From positions 170,133-234,132 of the forward strand of contig CAZAMC010000001.1 of assembly GCA_964486505.1 (NCBI GenBank): 64,000 nucleotides of DNA, read 5' to 3'. The notes beneath the pieces were generated by a model, which worked only from the letters and a program-made list of their open reading frames with translations, made no database searches and was not told the origin of the DNA. Below, piece after piece: positions 17,675 to 27,067 of the stretch (its first letter is position 1; the number at the start of each line of letters is the position of its first letter). A program made the translations under genes and the position numbers. The stretch comes from an uncultured Gammaproteobacteria bacterium (GTDB lineage: Bacteria > Patescibacteriota > Patescibacteriia > PEXW01).

Positions 17675-19582
17675 CTACTCAACAACAACCGCCATGTTTC
17701 CCAGCAAGGCCCAGTCGGCCACAAAGGCCGCACGCGTGAAGCGTTTCTCACCGAAGAGCGGGTCCAGAGTGACTATTGTGGATGGGCTCGTAACTGAGCC
17801 CAGAAAACCAACCACCACCCGCGTATGCTCACCAACAATGGCCCGAACGGTTTTCCCGGTTGGTGTCTTCCAGTCCACGCGCTGGCCAGTTGAGGCATTG
17901 CCCCACACAATAACTGGATTACCCGCTTGGACTTCGGTCAGCACATCCTGCAAGGAGGCGCCCGTCATGACGCGCGATGGCCGGTAGGTACTCCCCGCCT
18001 TGGCGATGGGTGCAGCGTACACGCCGTAGCCCGTGCCGGGTTGCTGACCATCAATGTTGCCAACAAATGCAACGTCCGGATCGCCCCACACGCCGCTCTT
18101 CTTTGGCGTGGGGTCAAAACCGATGGCATCAATAATAGTCTGCTCCGTTACCTCGACGCCTCGGTAGCGCAGAGCCATCACTAACGTGGCAATTTCACAA
18201 CTCAACTTGTGTTCTTGCCGGTGGAAAGGCACGGCGAGGCGGGTGGAGGCCTGCTCAGTGGTAAAACGCAAAGCGAGGTCAGCGGCGGCCGGAAAGCCGT
18301 TGGGCACGGTGAGGTCTTTGGGTACAGTCACGGTGTAGGCCGTCCCGAATGCGTACCGACCCTTCGGGGTAAAGGTCAGTTCATCGTCTACCCAGGCCCA
18401 CGTGCCTTCGACCTTAGGGGTTAAACGCACGCGCTGGAGGGCTTCGGCATGGTCAACGAGCTGATTAAAGGTCACGCGGATTTTCCTGGCCACATCAATA
18501 CCCGTAGACCCATGCGTTGGAGAAACTTCGGCAAAGCCTAAAGGTTCCTGCGTACGAAACTGCATACGCACATCGGCATCCAAGACTCCGCTCGTGGCTG
18601 TGCGTAGGCCCGCCGCAAGGGTGAGGGTATAGGTTGTCGCCCGCACCAAGTTTTCGGTCGGCGTAAAGCGGACGGTATGCGCATCAACCGCTGACCAGGC
18701 GCCAACCACTGACGGCGAAAGGCTGGCACTCCGCTCAACCGCCGACACCTCAACCGGGTCGGTAAACGCTACGGTGATTGGCGCATCCAGGACAACGCCC
18801 ACGCCTGTGGGTGATATGGAGCGAATGCCAGGCGGCTCCCGCACAAACCACATGCCAGACACAATCTCCTGCGGTGCTTCTTCGTGTGCCACTTCGGTTG
18901 ACCCAAAAACAAACTGCCGCGCCACACGCTCCACAGTGAGAGCGTACTGCTTGCCCTGCCCCAGCAGTTGTCCGGGCTGAAGAATAATTGAACGCCCATC
19001 GGCACTGCGAATCACCTGCAGGTCGCTTGGCGGGTCGGTGTGAGCAGATACAGCAAATGCATCGGTAAGGGGTTGATTGAACGTGACTGTCCATGCCCCA
19101 TCTGCAGCAATCGCGTTGGTCACGGGTGGCGAAATTGTTGAGACGAGCGGCGCCGGGCTGGTGGTGAATGTAAACGTGTAATCGCTCTGGCGAGTACGAA
19201 AACCAACCGCGCTCTCAACGTTAGACACGGTAAGCGTATAGGTCTGCCCCGGCAGCCACGTTGATGATGGGGTAAAAGTAAGCGTCCGGGCAAGACGGTT
19301 CTTCACCAAAGTACCCTCGTACGAAACTTGACCTTCTAGAGCAGGGCTTATGCGCACGTCCGCCGTCCGGGCCACGGGCCACTGGAACTGCAGCACGACT
19401 GGCTTATCGAGAGGTTGCATCCCTTGGGAGTTCAGCGACTGAAGGTGTGGAACTGGCTGAATGAGAGCAATTGCTAAAGCGGAAACGGCAACAATACATA
19501 CACCAATACCCACCCGACGAAGAATGTGTCGGTGCGTTACGTGCACGGGCGTGAGCGGAAAAGCGAGCGGCAGCGCCTCCAT
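17675..19582 (-). CDS. membrane-anchored surface protein with Ig-like (Big) repeats and a C-terminal C39-like (YvpB-type) cysteine peptidase domain
   Basis: An N-terminal TM (VGIGVCIVAVSALAIALI), repetitive beta-rich segments, and a C-terminal FHRQEHKLSCEIATLVMALRY ... GEHTRVVVGF (Cys/His of Peptidase_C39_2). Confidence 0.65.
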   Translation of the reverse strand: MEALPLAFPLTPVHVTHRHILRRVGIGVCIVAVSALAIALIQPVPHLQSLNSQGMQPLDKPVVLQFQWPVARTADVRISPALEGQVSYEGTLVKNRLARTLTFTPSSTWLPGQTYTLTVSNVESAVGFRTRQSDYTFTFTTSPAPLVSTISPPVTNAIAADGAWTVTFNQPLTDAFAVSAHTDPPSDLQVIRSADGRSIILQPGQLLGQGKQYALTVERVARQFVFGSTEVAHEEAPQEIVSGMWFVREPPGIRSISPTGVGVVLDAPITVAFTDPVEVSAVERSASLSPSVVGAWSAVDAHTVRFTPTENLVRATTYTLTLAAGLRTATSGVLDADVRMQFRTQEPLGFAEVSPTHGSTGIDVARKIRVTFNQLVDHAEALQRVRLTPKVEGTWAWVDDELTFTPKGRYAFGTAYTVTVPKDLTVPNGFPAAADLALRFTTEQASTRLAVPFHRQEHKLSCEIATLVMALRYRGVEVTEQTIIDAIGFDPTPKKSGVWGDPDVAFVGNIDGQQPGTGYGVYAAPIAKAGSTYRPSRVMTGASLQDVLTEVQAGNPVIVWGNASTGQRVDWKTPTGKTVRAIVGEHTRVVVGFLGSVTSPSTIVTLDPLFGEKRFTRAAFVADWALLGNMAVVVE

Positions 19583-19588
19583 GTGCAG

Positions 19589-21202
19589 CTAGCGTAAAAT
19601 GTTGCGTCCCGTCATATCTTCGGGAACGGGGAGGCCCAGAGTTTCAAGAGTAGTTACAGCCACGTCAGCAAGGATGCCCACCGGCTGCACAGTCTGCAAC
19701 GATTCCAAACCGCCGGGCAGCTGGTACGGCGAGGTGTCTTTCCAGTGTTCGGCAATGGCCAAGAAAGGCACCGGACTTGTGGAGTGTTCCTTATCAATGG
19801 TGCCGGTTTGCAAGTTGAGGAGCTCTTCGGCATTGCCGTGGTCAGCCGTAACGAAGAGTACGCCGTTCGCACCGAGCACCGCCTCAGTGACCTGTCCAAG
19901 GCACTCATCAATAATTTGCAGAGCTTCGATGGTCGCCTGGAAATTCCCGGTATGCGCCACCATGTCGGCGTTCGCGTAGTTCACCACGTAGAAAGCGTAC
20001 TCCCCTTTCCCAATTTCTTTCACGAGTCGGTCAGTGATTTCCCGAGCGGCCATGGCCGGTTTCTGATCGTAGCTAGAAACGTGCGGGCTAGGGATGAGTA
20101 CATGGTCTTCACCGGGGTATGCTTGCTCGTGCCCGCCGTTGAAAAAATAGGTCACGTGCGCGTACTTCTCGGTTTCGGCGATGTGCATTTGCTTCAAGCC
20201 CGCATCGGAAATAATTTTTGCCACGGGGTTGGTAATCGCTTCGGGTGGAAACGCTACCTCCACGGGCAAATCGCGGTCGTACTCTGTCATGGTGACGAAG
20301 AAGAGGTTCTTCAAATAGGCACCGCGATCAAACTTCTCAAAGCCGGGTAAAACAAATGCTTTGGTTATTTGGCGCATGCGGTCGGGCCGGAAATTAAACG
20401 CAATAACCGCATCGCCATCCTGAATGCTCCGCAGGGGCTTGCCGGCAGCGTCGGTAATGACGGTTGGCTCAAACTCCTCGTCGTATACACTCCGGCTGTA
20501 GCTGTCCCGAATGAGGGCTACGGGGTCGGGGCCCGCCTGTGTCGCTTTGCCGTGCACGAGGGCGTCGTAGGCTTTCTGCTCACGTTCCCAGCGATTGTCT
20601 CGGTCCATCGCGTAAAAGCGCCCAGACAACGTGGCAATCTTGCCCACGCCAACTTCCGCAATGTGTTCTTGGAGCTTCGCCAAAAAGTTCTCCGCACTTT
20701 TGGGGGGCGTATCCCGGCCATCCAAGAAAGCGTGTACGTACACTTCCGTTAGGTTCTCCCGCTTGGCCAATTCCAGCAGCGCGTACAAGTGTTCGTTGAA
20801 ACTGTGCACCCCACCGGAACTCACCAACCCCATGAGGTGGAGAGCAGACTTCTGCTCGCGCGCGTGGGCAATGGCTTTTTGGAATGCCGCATTCGAAAAA
20901 AACGTTCCATCAGCAATCGTGCGGTTGATACGCGGAAGATTCTGGTACACAATTTTCCCCGAGCCCAAATTCACGTGACCGACTTCGGAGTTGCCCATCT
21001 CCCCCCACGGCAATCCCACTGATTCTCCCGAAGCTTGCAGTGTCATGGCGGGGTAGTGCGCGACCAAAGCCTCGTAGTTTGGCAATTTGGCAATGCCGTA
21101 CGGATTACTCCGGGAGGGCGGCGCCACGCCCCACCCATCGAGAATGAGCAGGACAAGAGGCCCCGAGGGTGTGGTAGTTGTTGCGTCAGCCATAGACTTC
21201 AC
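19589..21202 (-). CDS. gpmI: 2,3-bisphosphoglycerate-independent phosphoglycerate mutase
   Basis: LLILDGWG, GNSEVGHVNLG (catalytic Ser), SGGVHS, DGRD and TADHGN motifs. Confidence 0.9.
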   Translation of the reverse strand: MKSMADATTTTPSGPLVLLILDGWGVAPPSRSNPYGIAKLPNYEALVAHYPAMTLQASGESVGLPWGEMGNSEVGHVNLGSGKIVYQNLPRINRTIADGTFFSNAAFQKAIAHAREQKSALHLMGLVSSGGVHSFNEHLYALLELAKRENLTEVYVHAFLDGRDTPPKSAENFLAKLQEHIAEVGVGKIATLSGRFYAMDRDNRWEREQKAYDALVHGKATQAGPDPVALIRDSYSRSVYDEEFEPTVITDAAGKPLRSIQDGDAVIAFNFRPDRMRQITKAFVLPGFEKFDRGAYLKNLFFVTMTEYDRDLPVEVAFPPEAITNPVAKIISDAGLKQMHIAETEKYAHVTYFFNGGHEQAYPGEDHVLIPSPHVSSYDQKPAMAAREITDRLVKEIGKGEYAFYVVNYANADMVAHTGNFQATIEALQIIDECLGQVTEAVLGANGVLFVTADHGNAEELLNLQTGTIDKEHSTSPVPFLAIAEHWKDTSPYQLPGGLESLQTVQPVGILADVAVTTLETLGLPVPEDMTGRNILR

Positions 21203-22751
21203 AGAGTAAACTCCGGCCGGTCATAACCCCAGGTTTCGCTACCCCCATGATGTGGAGCACGGTAGGCGCGATGTCTGCGAGTTTGCCGGTTTTTCGAAGT
21301 CGGTACTTCCGCAGGGTGTCGCTCACCACAATGAATGGCACGGGCGTTGCCGAGTGTTCGGTGTCAACTTCATTGGTGCGCTTGTTGCGCAGCTCTTCAA
21401 TGTTCCCATGGTCTGCGGTCACCAGGAGCACACCGCCCGCCTTCTTCACCGCTTTTTCCATTACGGCCAAGGCTTTGTCCACAGCTTCAACCGCACGCAC
21501 CGAGGCGTGCAAGTGGCCCGTGTGCGCGACCATGTCTGGCGCCGCGAAGTTCACGCCAATGAAGTCGTGCTTCTTGGCGCGCAAATCTCGGGCTACGTAC
21601 GCCGCAATTTTTGCCGATGACATGGCTGGCCGCCGATCGTACGTGGGGACCTTGGGGGAAGGAATGGAGATCCGATCTTCACCACCGACGGGGTGGTCGT
21701 AACCGCCGTTGAAGAAGTACGTCATGTGGGCATACTTCTCACTCTCCGAGACGTACAGTTGCCGGTACCCCTTGAGAACCACCGGCAGCGTCTGGTCAAT
21801 GTCCCGGCTCGGGTACGCCGTGAGCACGTCCGGCAGGTCAGGCCCGAAGTCCGTCATGGCCACGAAGACCAGGTTTCGAATAACCTTCTTGCGCTGGAAG
21901 CCAGAAAACTTTGGTTGAACGAAGGCTTTGGTCAGTTGTCGTGCGCGGTCACTCCGCAGATTAAAGAAAATAATTGAGTCATTGTCCCCCACCGTATTTG
22001 GCTTACTGCTCCCTGCCGCTACGACAGTCGGCTGGATGAACTCGTCACTCTCGTTCCGGTTATACGCTGCGAGAATTGCTTCTTCAGGAGTGGACGCTTG
22101 CAAGCCTTTCCCCAACGTCAGTAAGTCGTACGCTTGCTTAATGCGGTCCCAGTGCAGCGCTCGGTCCATGGCAAAGTACCGGCCAGTAACCGAAGCGACC
22201 CGCGTGCTATCCATTTCCCGCTCTAACTTCTTCAACATGCGTATCGCGGTAAACCGCGGACTATCGCGACCATCGGTGAACAGGTGAATGACCACCCGCG
22301 GAAGTTTGGACAATCGCGCGAACGTGAGCAGGGCAAGTAAGTGGTCGGGATTGGCGTGCGCGCTCTGGCTATTGCCGAGCATACCCATGAGATGCAGCGT
22401 AGATTTGTGCTTCTGCACGTGGCGAACCGCGCGGGTAAAAGCCGGGTTACGGAAGAACGAGCCGTCACTAATCGCCCGCGAGATGAACACCGCATCCTGC
22501 AGGACCACACGGCCCGCACCAATGTTCAGGTGGCCGGCTTCGGAGTTCCCATCCTGCCCGGTGGATAACCCCACGGCGCGACCCCCGGCCTCCAAGGCGG
22601 TCACGGGGTACCGACGTAAGAAGGACCGGTACGTGGGCGCCTTTGCCAGCGTTATCGCGTTCCAGGGGCCGGGCTTGCCAATACCCCACCCATCGAGGAT
22701 GGCGAGGACGACGGGAACCTGGGGTTTAATGACGGGACAACGCTCACGCAT
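21186..22751 (-). CDS. gpmI: iPGM paralog (divergent 2,3-bisphosphoglycerate-independent phosphoglycerate mutase)
   Basis: LAILDGWG, GNSEAGHLNIG, DGRD and TADHGN are conserved, but the SGGVHS motif is replaced by NSQSAH. It overlaps the downstream gpmI by 17 nt. Confidence 0.8.
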   Translation of the reverse strand: MRERCPVIKPQVPVVLAILDGWGIGKPGPWNAITLAKAPTYRSFLRRYPVTALEAGGRAVGLSTGQDGNSEAGHLNIGAGRVVLQDAVFISRAISDGSFFRNPAFTRAVRHVQKHKSTLHLMGMLGNSQSAHANPDHLLALLTFARLSKLPRVVIHLFTDGRDSPRFTAIRMLKKLEREMDSTRVASVTGRYFAMDRALHWDRIKQAYDLLTLGKGLQASTPEEAILAAYNRNESDEFIQPTVVAAGSSKPNTVGDNDSIIFFNLRSDRARQLTKAFVQPKFSGFQRKKVIRNLVFVAMTDFGPDLPDVLTAYPSRDIDQTLPVVLKGYRQLYVSESEKYAHMTYFFNGGYDHPVGGEDRISIPSPKVPTYDRRPAMSSAKIAAYVARDLRAKKHDFIGVNFAAPDMVAHTGHLHASVRAVEAVDKALAVMEKAVKKAGGVLLVTADHGNIEELRNKRTNEVDTEHSATPVPFIVVSDTLRKYRLRKTGKLADIAPTVLHIMGVAKPGVMTGRSLLCEVYG

Positions 22752-24006
22752 GGGTAGCCTGCCAAATAGCGAGAAGCCGGTTGTACTTCGCTAAGCGCTC
22801 ACCCCGGCTCATTGAGCCCGCTTTCAACCCATCAGCCCCAACGGCCACCGCCAAATCGGCAATCGTCGCATCACACGTCTCGCCGGATCGATGTGAAATG
22901 ACTACCTGGTAATCATTGGCTTGGGCTAGGCGTATGGCATCCACGGTTTCGGTGAGTGTGCCAATTTGATTCACTTTTATCAAAATGGCATTTGCCACTT
23001 TTTCTCGAATACCGCGCTGCAGCCGTTCCACGTTGGTCACGAAAAGGTCATCGCCGATTGCCAACATACCTGCCAGCGTGAGTTTCGCGGTATGACCAAC
23101 CCAGTGTTCCCAATCATCTTCCGCTAAACCATCTTCCACCGAGGCCACGCCGTAGCGCGTATGCCAGTCTACGTACAGCGCCGTGAGCTGGTCAGCCGAA
23201 AGCCCCTGCTGTTCAAGGGCAAGCACGTACGACCCCTCGGGCGTTGCAAATTCGGATGCCGCGGGGTCGAGTGCAAGTTCCACATCTTGACCAAGCACAT
23301 AGCCAGCGCGGCGAATAGCATCCGCCAGCAACTGCAGGGGCTCGTCATTCGTGCGCATCGCTGGCGCATAGCCACCTTCATCGCCCACCATGGTGGCGAG
23401 CGCCTTCCCCTTGAGCACCGCGCCCAGAGTATGGAAAATTTCGGCACACATTTGCAGCTGCCTGGGCACGTCCGTAGTTTTCGGCAAGAGCATGTACTCC
23501 TGGAACGAGAGGCCCGTGCTCGGTGCGTGCAAGCCGCCATTCACCACGTTGCAGAAGAAACGTGGAAACTTAGCGCCGGGTTTCGCAAAACCGTACTGCT
23601 CGGCCATCACGTCGTACAGCTGACGGTGCTGACTATTTGCCAGCGCATGCGCAATTGCTAACGAAGCTCCCAGTGTGGCATTCGCCCCCAACTTGGACTT
23701 GTTTGGCGTTCCGTCCGCAGCGGTAATTACTGCATCAACGGCTCGGAGATCGTCGGCACTCTGGCCGTGTAGGGCCTTTGCCAGCGGACCCACAACATTT
23801 GCAAGGGCTTTGAGTACACCCTTCCCGCCATACCGCTTTTCATCACCATCCCGCAGTTCCAGAGCTTCGTGTGTGCCGGTGGACGCGCCAGACGGGACGG
23901 CAGCCGTACCGGTTGCCCCATCATCCAACTGCGCCGTCACCTGCAGGGTGGGGTTACCGCGAGAATCGAGGATCTCTACGCCTTGAAAACCAACAATGTT
24001 CGGCAT
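22744..24006 (-). CDS. eno: enolase
   Basis: MPNIVGFQGVEILDSRGNPTLQV ... SHRSGETCDATIADLAV signatures. The start is set at the internal ATG that matches the canonical enolase N-terminus. Confidence 0.9.
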   Translation of the reverse strand: MPNIVGFQGVEILDSRGNPTLQVTAQLDDGATGTAAVPSGASTGTHEALELRDGDEKRYGGKGVLKALANVVGPLAKALHGQSADDLRAVDAVITAADGTPNKSKLGANATLGASLAIAHALANSQHRQLYDVMAEQYGFAKPGAKFPRFFCNVVNGGLHAPSTGLSFQEYMLLPKTTDVPRQLQMCAEIFHTLGAVLKGKALATMVGDEGGYAPAMRTNDEPLQLLADAIRRAGYVLGQDVELALDPAASEFATPEGSYVLALEQQGLSADQLTALYVDWHTRYGVASVEDGLAEDDWEHWVGHTAKLTLAGMLAIGDDLFVTNVERLQRGIREKVANAILIKVNQIGTLTETVDAIRLAQANDYQVVISHRSGETCDATIADLAVAVGADGLKAGSMSRGERLAKYNRLLAIWQATHA

Positions 24007-24010
24007 GGGT

Positions 24011-25183
24011 TTACGGGGTAACGAGGAGAGGGGCAAGACCCGGAAGCACTTTTCCTTCCAAGAACTTCAGCATGGCGCCGCCGCCCGTGGAGAGGAAGGT
24101 AAATTTTTCCGTAAGCTTCAGACTATTAATGGCGTCCAGAGTTTCGCCCCCGCCGGCGATGGTAACGGCCGACGTGGCGCTCACCCGCATCGCGAGGTCA
24201 TCGGTGCCCTTGGCAAATTCCGGTAACTCAAAGTACCCCATGGGTCCGTTCCACACAATTGTGCCAGCGGTTTTCAGGATCATGCCGTACAAATCCAACG
24301 TCTCGGGGCCAATGTCGAGGATGAGCTCGTCGTCCGGCACATTCGCTACAGCCACGGTAGAAACGCGGGTGCCGGCTTCGGGCTTGCGAGCCATCACCAC
24401 ATCTATGGGCACGCGGAGCTTGTTGGTCGTCAGGGTAAGGTCCTGAACGTCTTTCACCATGCTTTCCTCGATGAGCGACTTCCCAACGGCCACGCCTTGC
24501 GCTTTCAACATGGTGTTTGCAAGGGCGCCGCCCAACAGTACGTAGTCACATCGCTGCAACAGGCTGCGGATGACGGGCAGCTTGGTGGAAATTTTTGCCC
24601 CGCCAATAATGGCCACGAAGGGCCGCTTCGGGTTATCCATGAGACTGCCGAGGTACTGCACTTCTTTTTCCATCTGCAGGCCGGCGCAAGACGGTTTAAG
24701 GGTTGGCAGGGTGGAGACCGACGCGGCTTTACGATGGGAAACCGAAAAAGCGTCATTCACCACCACATCGCCCATAGCGGCTAGCTGTTGGGCAAATGCA
24801 GGATCATCGGCAGCTTCTCCTGGATGGAAACGTAAATTCTCAAAAAGCACGGTATCCCCTTCCCGAATTGTGCGGCTACGAGCGACCGCCTCGGGCGTGC
24901 CGGGAACTTCCGGCGCAAACTGAACAGCGGGGAGCCGCTCGGCCAGGTACTCAAAAACTTGCCGGAGGCTTAGGTGCAGGTCATGCGCATTGTGGGGCTT
25001 GCCCATGTGCGTGAGAAGCACAATCCGGCACCGCTGCGAACGGAGGTACTCAATAGTAGGAAGTGCCGCGAGGATTCGTGTAGTGTCGCAGACTTTCCCA
25101 TCCCGACAGGGAACATTGAAGTCAACCCGAACGATGACCTGCTTGCCAGCAACATCGAGGTGCTTCAGTGGCCGAAGTTCCAT
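24011..25183 (-). CDS. pgk: phosphoglycerate kinase
   Basis: RVDFNVP at the N-terminus and a GGGA...FL C-terminal hinge. It is the first gene of the pgk-eno-gpmI-gpmI operon. Confidence 0.9.
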   Translation of the reverse strand: MELRPLKHLDVAGKQVIVRVDFNVPCRDGKVCDTTRILAALPTIEYLRSQRCRIVLLTHMGKPHNAHDLHLSLRQVFEYLAERLPAVQFAPEVPGTPEAVARSRTIREGDTVLFENLRFHPGEAADDPAFAQQLAAMGDVVVNDAFSVSHRKAASVSTLPTLKPSCAGLQMEKEVQYLGSLMDNPKRPFVAIIGGAKISTKLPVIRSLLQRCDYVLLGGALANTMLKAQGVAVGKSLIEESMVKDVQDLTLTTNKLRVPIDVVMARKPEAGTRVSTVAVANVPDDELILDIGPETLDLYGMILKTAGTIVWNGPMGYFELPEFAKGTDDLAMRVSATSAVTIAGGGETLDAINSLKLTEKFTFLSTGGGAMLKFLEGKVLPGLAPLLVTP

Positions 25184-25236
25184 AGCAAAATTATACCATA
25201 AAATGGCACTTCTGGCGACTTCGCGTAGGGGTTTTC

Positions 25237-25998
25237 TTACGCTTCTTCCTTTGCCCCAATTGGCTTACCCAGCTTCCCTTCCTGTCGCCACTGTTGCGCG
25301 AGCAGCGAGGCCTTCATGAGAGAATCGAATGACTCCCCGCCATCACCCCACGCCCCCTGGAGAATTTCAAAGGTCATCGTTCCCTGCTGCACGTAGTAGT
25401 TGTTGAGGTCAGTTACCTCCAGTTCCCCCCGGGCAGAGGGCTTGAGCGTCTTCACGACTCCAAAAACTTTCCCATCAAACATGTACACGCCGATGACTGC
25501 GAGGTTACTCTTCGGTTCTTTTGGCTTTTCCACAATCCCAACAATCTTGCTGCCCTGCACCTCAGCAATGCCAAAGGACTTTGGGTTGTCTACCTCCTTG
25601 AGGAAAATCTTCGCTCCCTCTGGTTGGGCGTCAAAATCCTGCACCGCTTTCGCAATGGAATCTTCCAGGATGTTATCGCCGAGAATGACAACGACCTTCT
25701 CGCCATCAGCGAAGTCTTCGGCCAGACCCAACGCCTGAGCAATGCCGCCGGGTTTTTCCTGTACGGCGTAGGAGAGCCGCACCCCAAAGTCGTGGCCATC
25801 ACCAAGCAATTCCAAAAACCCGCCGGCGTGACCTTTGCCAGACACAATCATGATGTCTTTCACCCCTGCCTGGGTGAGCGTCTGCAAGGGGTAGTAGATC
25901 ATGGGCCGGTCGTACACCGGCAGCAGGTGCTTATTCGTAACGCGGGTGAGAGGGAAAAGGCGGGAACCCGTGCCGCCAGCGAGGATGATGCCTTTCAT
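25237..25998 (-). CDS. sugar-1-phosphate nucleotidyltransferase (RfbA/GlmU-N-like)
   Basis: The MKGIILAGGTGSRLFPLT G-rich loop places the start at the internal ATG at 25998. The upstream 91 residues of the track ORF look non-coding. Confidence 0.75.
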   Translation of the reverse strand: MKGIILAGGTGSRLFPLTRVTNKHLLPVYDRPMIYYPLQTLTQAGVKDIMIVSGKGHAGGFLELLGDGHDFGVRLSYAVQEKPGGIAQALGLAEDFADGEKVVVILGDNILEDSIAKAVQDFDAQPEGAKIFLKEVDNPKSFGIAEVQGSKIVGIVEKPKEPKSNLAVIGVYMFDGKVFGVVKTLKPSARGELEVTDLNNYYVQQGTMTFEILQGAWGDGGESFDSLMKASLLAQQWRQEGKLGKPIGAKEEA

Positions 25999-26062
25999 AA
26001 GAGTATGCGTTAGGGCAATGCCCACAGTGTAGGCGGTGTTCCCCTGCGGTGCAAGCGCCCGC

Positions 26063-26089
26063 TTGACAGGCTTTCGTGATGGGTATACT
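26063..26089 (+). promoter_or_regulatory. sigma70-like promoter candidate (TTGACA - 15 nt - TATACT)
   Basis: Near-consensus -35 and -10 hexamers about 30 nt upstream of the YerC-like gene start. The spacer is 15 nt, which is shorter than optimal. Confidence 0.35.
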
Positions 26090-26116
26090 TTAGTTAGGTA
26101 AAGTACATATCCATCT

Positions 26117-26440
26117 ATGCCTACCTGGAATACGCCCAAAACCCGCGATTTGCTCAACGTTATTCTCCAGCTTCGCACTCCGGCAGAGGCTCGGCGCTTC
26201 TTCCGGGATTTGCTGACCGAAGAAGAACTCTTGGAATTTTCCCGGCGCTGGCAGGCTGCACAGATGCTCAATCAGAAAATCCCCTACACAAGGATCGTAC
26301 AGGAGACGGGTCTGAGCTCAACCACAGTTGCTCGTGTCCAACGCTGGCTTCAGGGCAAGCTCGGCGGCTACCGGCTTGTACTCAAACGCCTTAGCCATTA
26401 TGGCCACACTTCTTCGCACACTCGCTTGAAAGAGGCGTGA
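26117..26440 (+). CDS. YerC/YecD-family (TrpR-like) small HTH protein
   Basis: 107 aa containing ...YTRIVQETGLSSTTVARVQRWL... typical of the Trp-repressor-like YerC family. Confidence 0.6.
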   Translation: MPTWNTPKTRDLLNVILQLRTPAEARRFFRDLLTEEELLEFSRRWQAAQMLNQKIPYTRIVQETGLSSTTVARVQRWLQGKLGGYRLVLKRLSHYGHTSSHTRLKEA

Positions 26441-26466
26441 GCTGACCTTCCATTTGGCCAACCTAC

Positions 26467-26497
26467 TCCCCTCTCCAGCGAGAGGGATTTTCGTATT
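26467..26497 (+). terminator. rho-independent terminator
   Basis: CCCCTCTC-cagc-GAGAGGG hairpin followed by ATTTTCGTATT. Confidence 0.5.
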
Positions 26498-26509
26498 AAT
26501 GGAACCACT

Positions 26510-27046
26510 ATGCGTAAGCTCCAAATTGGCATCGTCGGCTCTGCTGCAGACCTGCAGTACACCAAGCAACTCGAATCACTCGCTTTCGAGCTTGGTCAAT
26601 GCATTGCGTCAAATGATTGCATACTCATCTATGGAGCCGAGCAAGATACCTCATCACTCTCATCTCGTGCCGCAGCGGGCGCGAAATCGAAAAGTGGTCT
26701 CAGTATTGCCATCACCTACGGCAAGCGGAAACAGACGTTTGACCAGAATGACTCAATCATAATCCCCACCGGACAGGAGCGTGGCGGTGGGCGTGAGTTC
26801 GCCTTCGTCCTAGGTTGCGATGCAATTATAGCCATCCAGGGTGGTTCAGGCACGCTCACGGAAATTGCCATGGCCTACCAAGCGAACATTCCCATCGTTG
26901 CGCTGCAAGGCACTGGTGGCTGGAGCGATAAGCTCGCTGGTACGTTCCTCGACGCACGGAAGCGTATCAAGATTCAAGCCGTTCGTACGCCTGAACGTGC
27001 GGTGACTATCGCAATAGAACTCGCACAAAAAAACAATACAAAGTAA
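26510..27046 (+). CDS. LOG-family / TIGR00725-type Rossmann-fold protein (SLOG superfamily)
   Basis: IGIVGSA... at the N-terminus and a GGSGTLTE motif (the PGGxGTxxE LOG signature) in 178 aa. Confidence 0.7.
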   Translation: MRKLQIGIVGSAADLQYTKQLESLAFELGQCIASNDCILIYGAEQDTSSLSSRAAAGAKSKSGLSIAITYGKRKQTFDQNDSIIIPTGQERGGGREFAFVLGCDAIIAIQGGSGTLTEIAMAYQANIPIVALQGTGGWSDKLAGTFLDARKRIKIQAVRTPERAVTIAIELAQKNNTK

Positions 27047-27067
27047 CCAACAGAAAAAGGAGATCCT

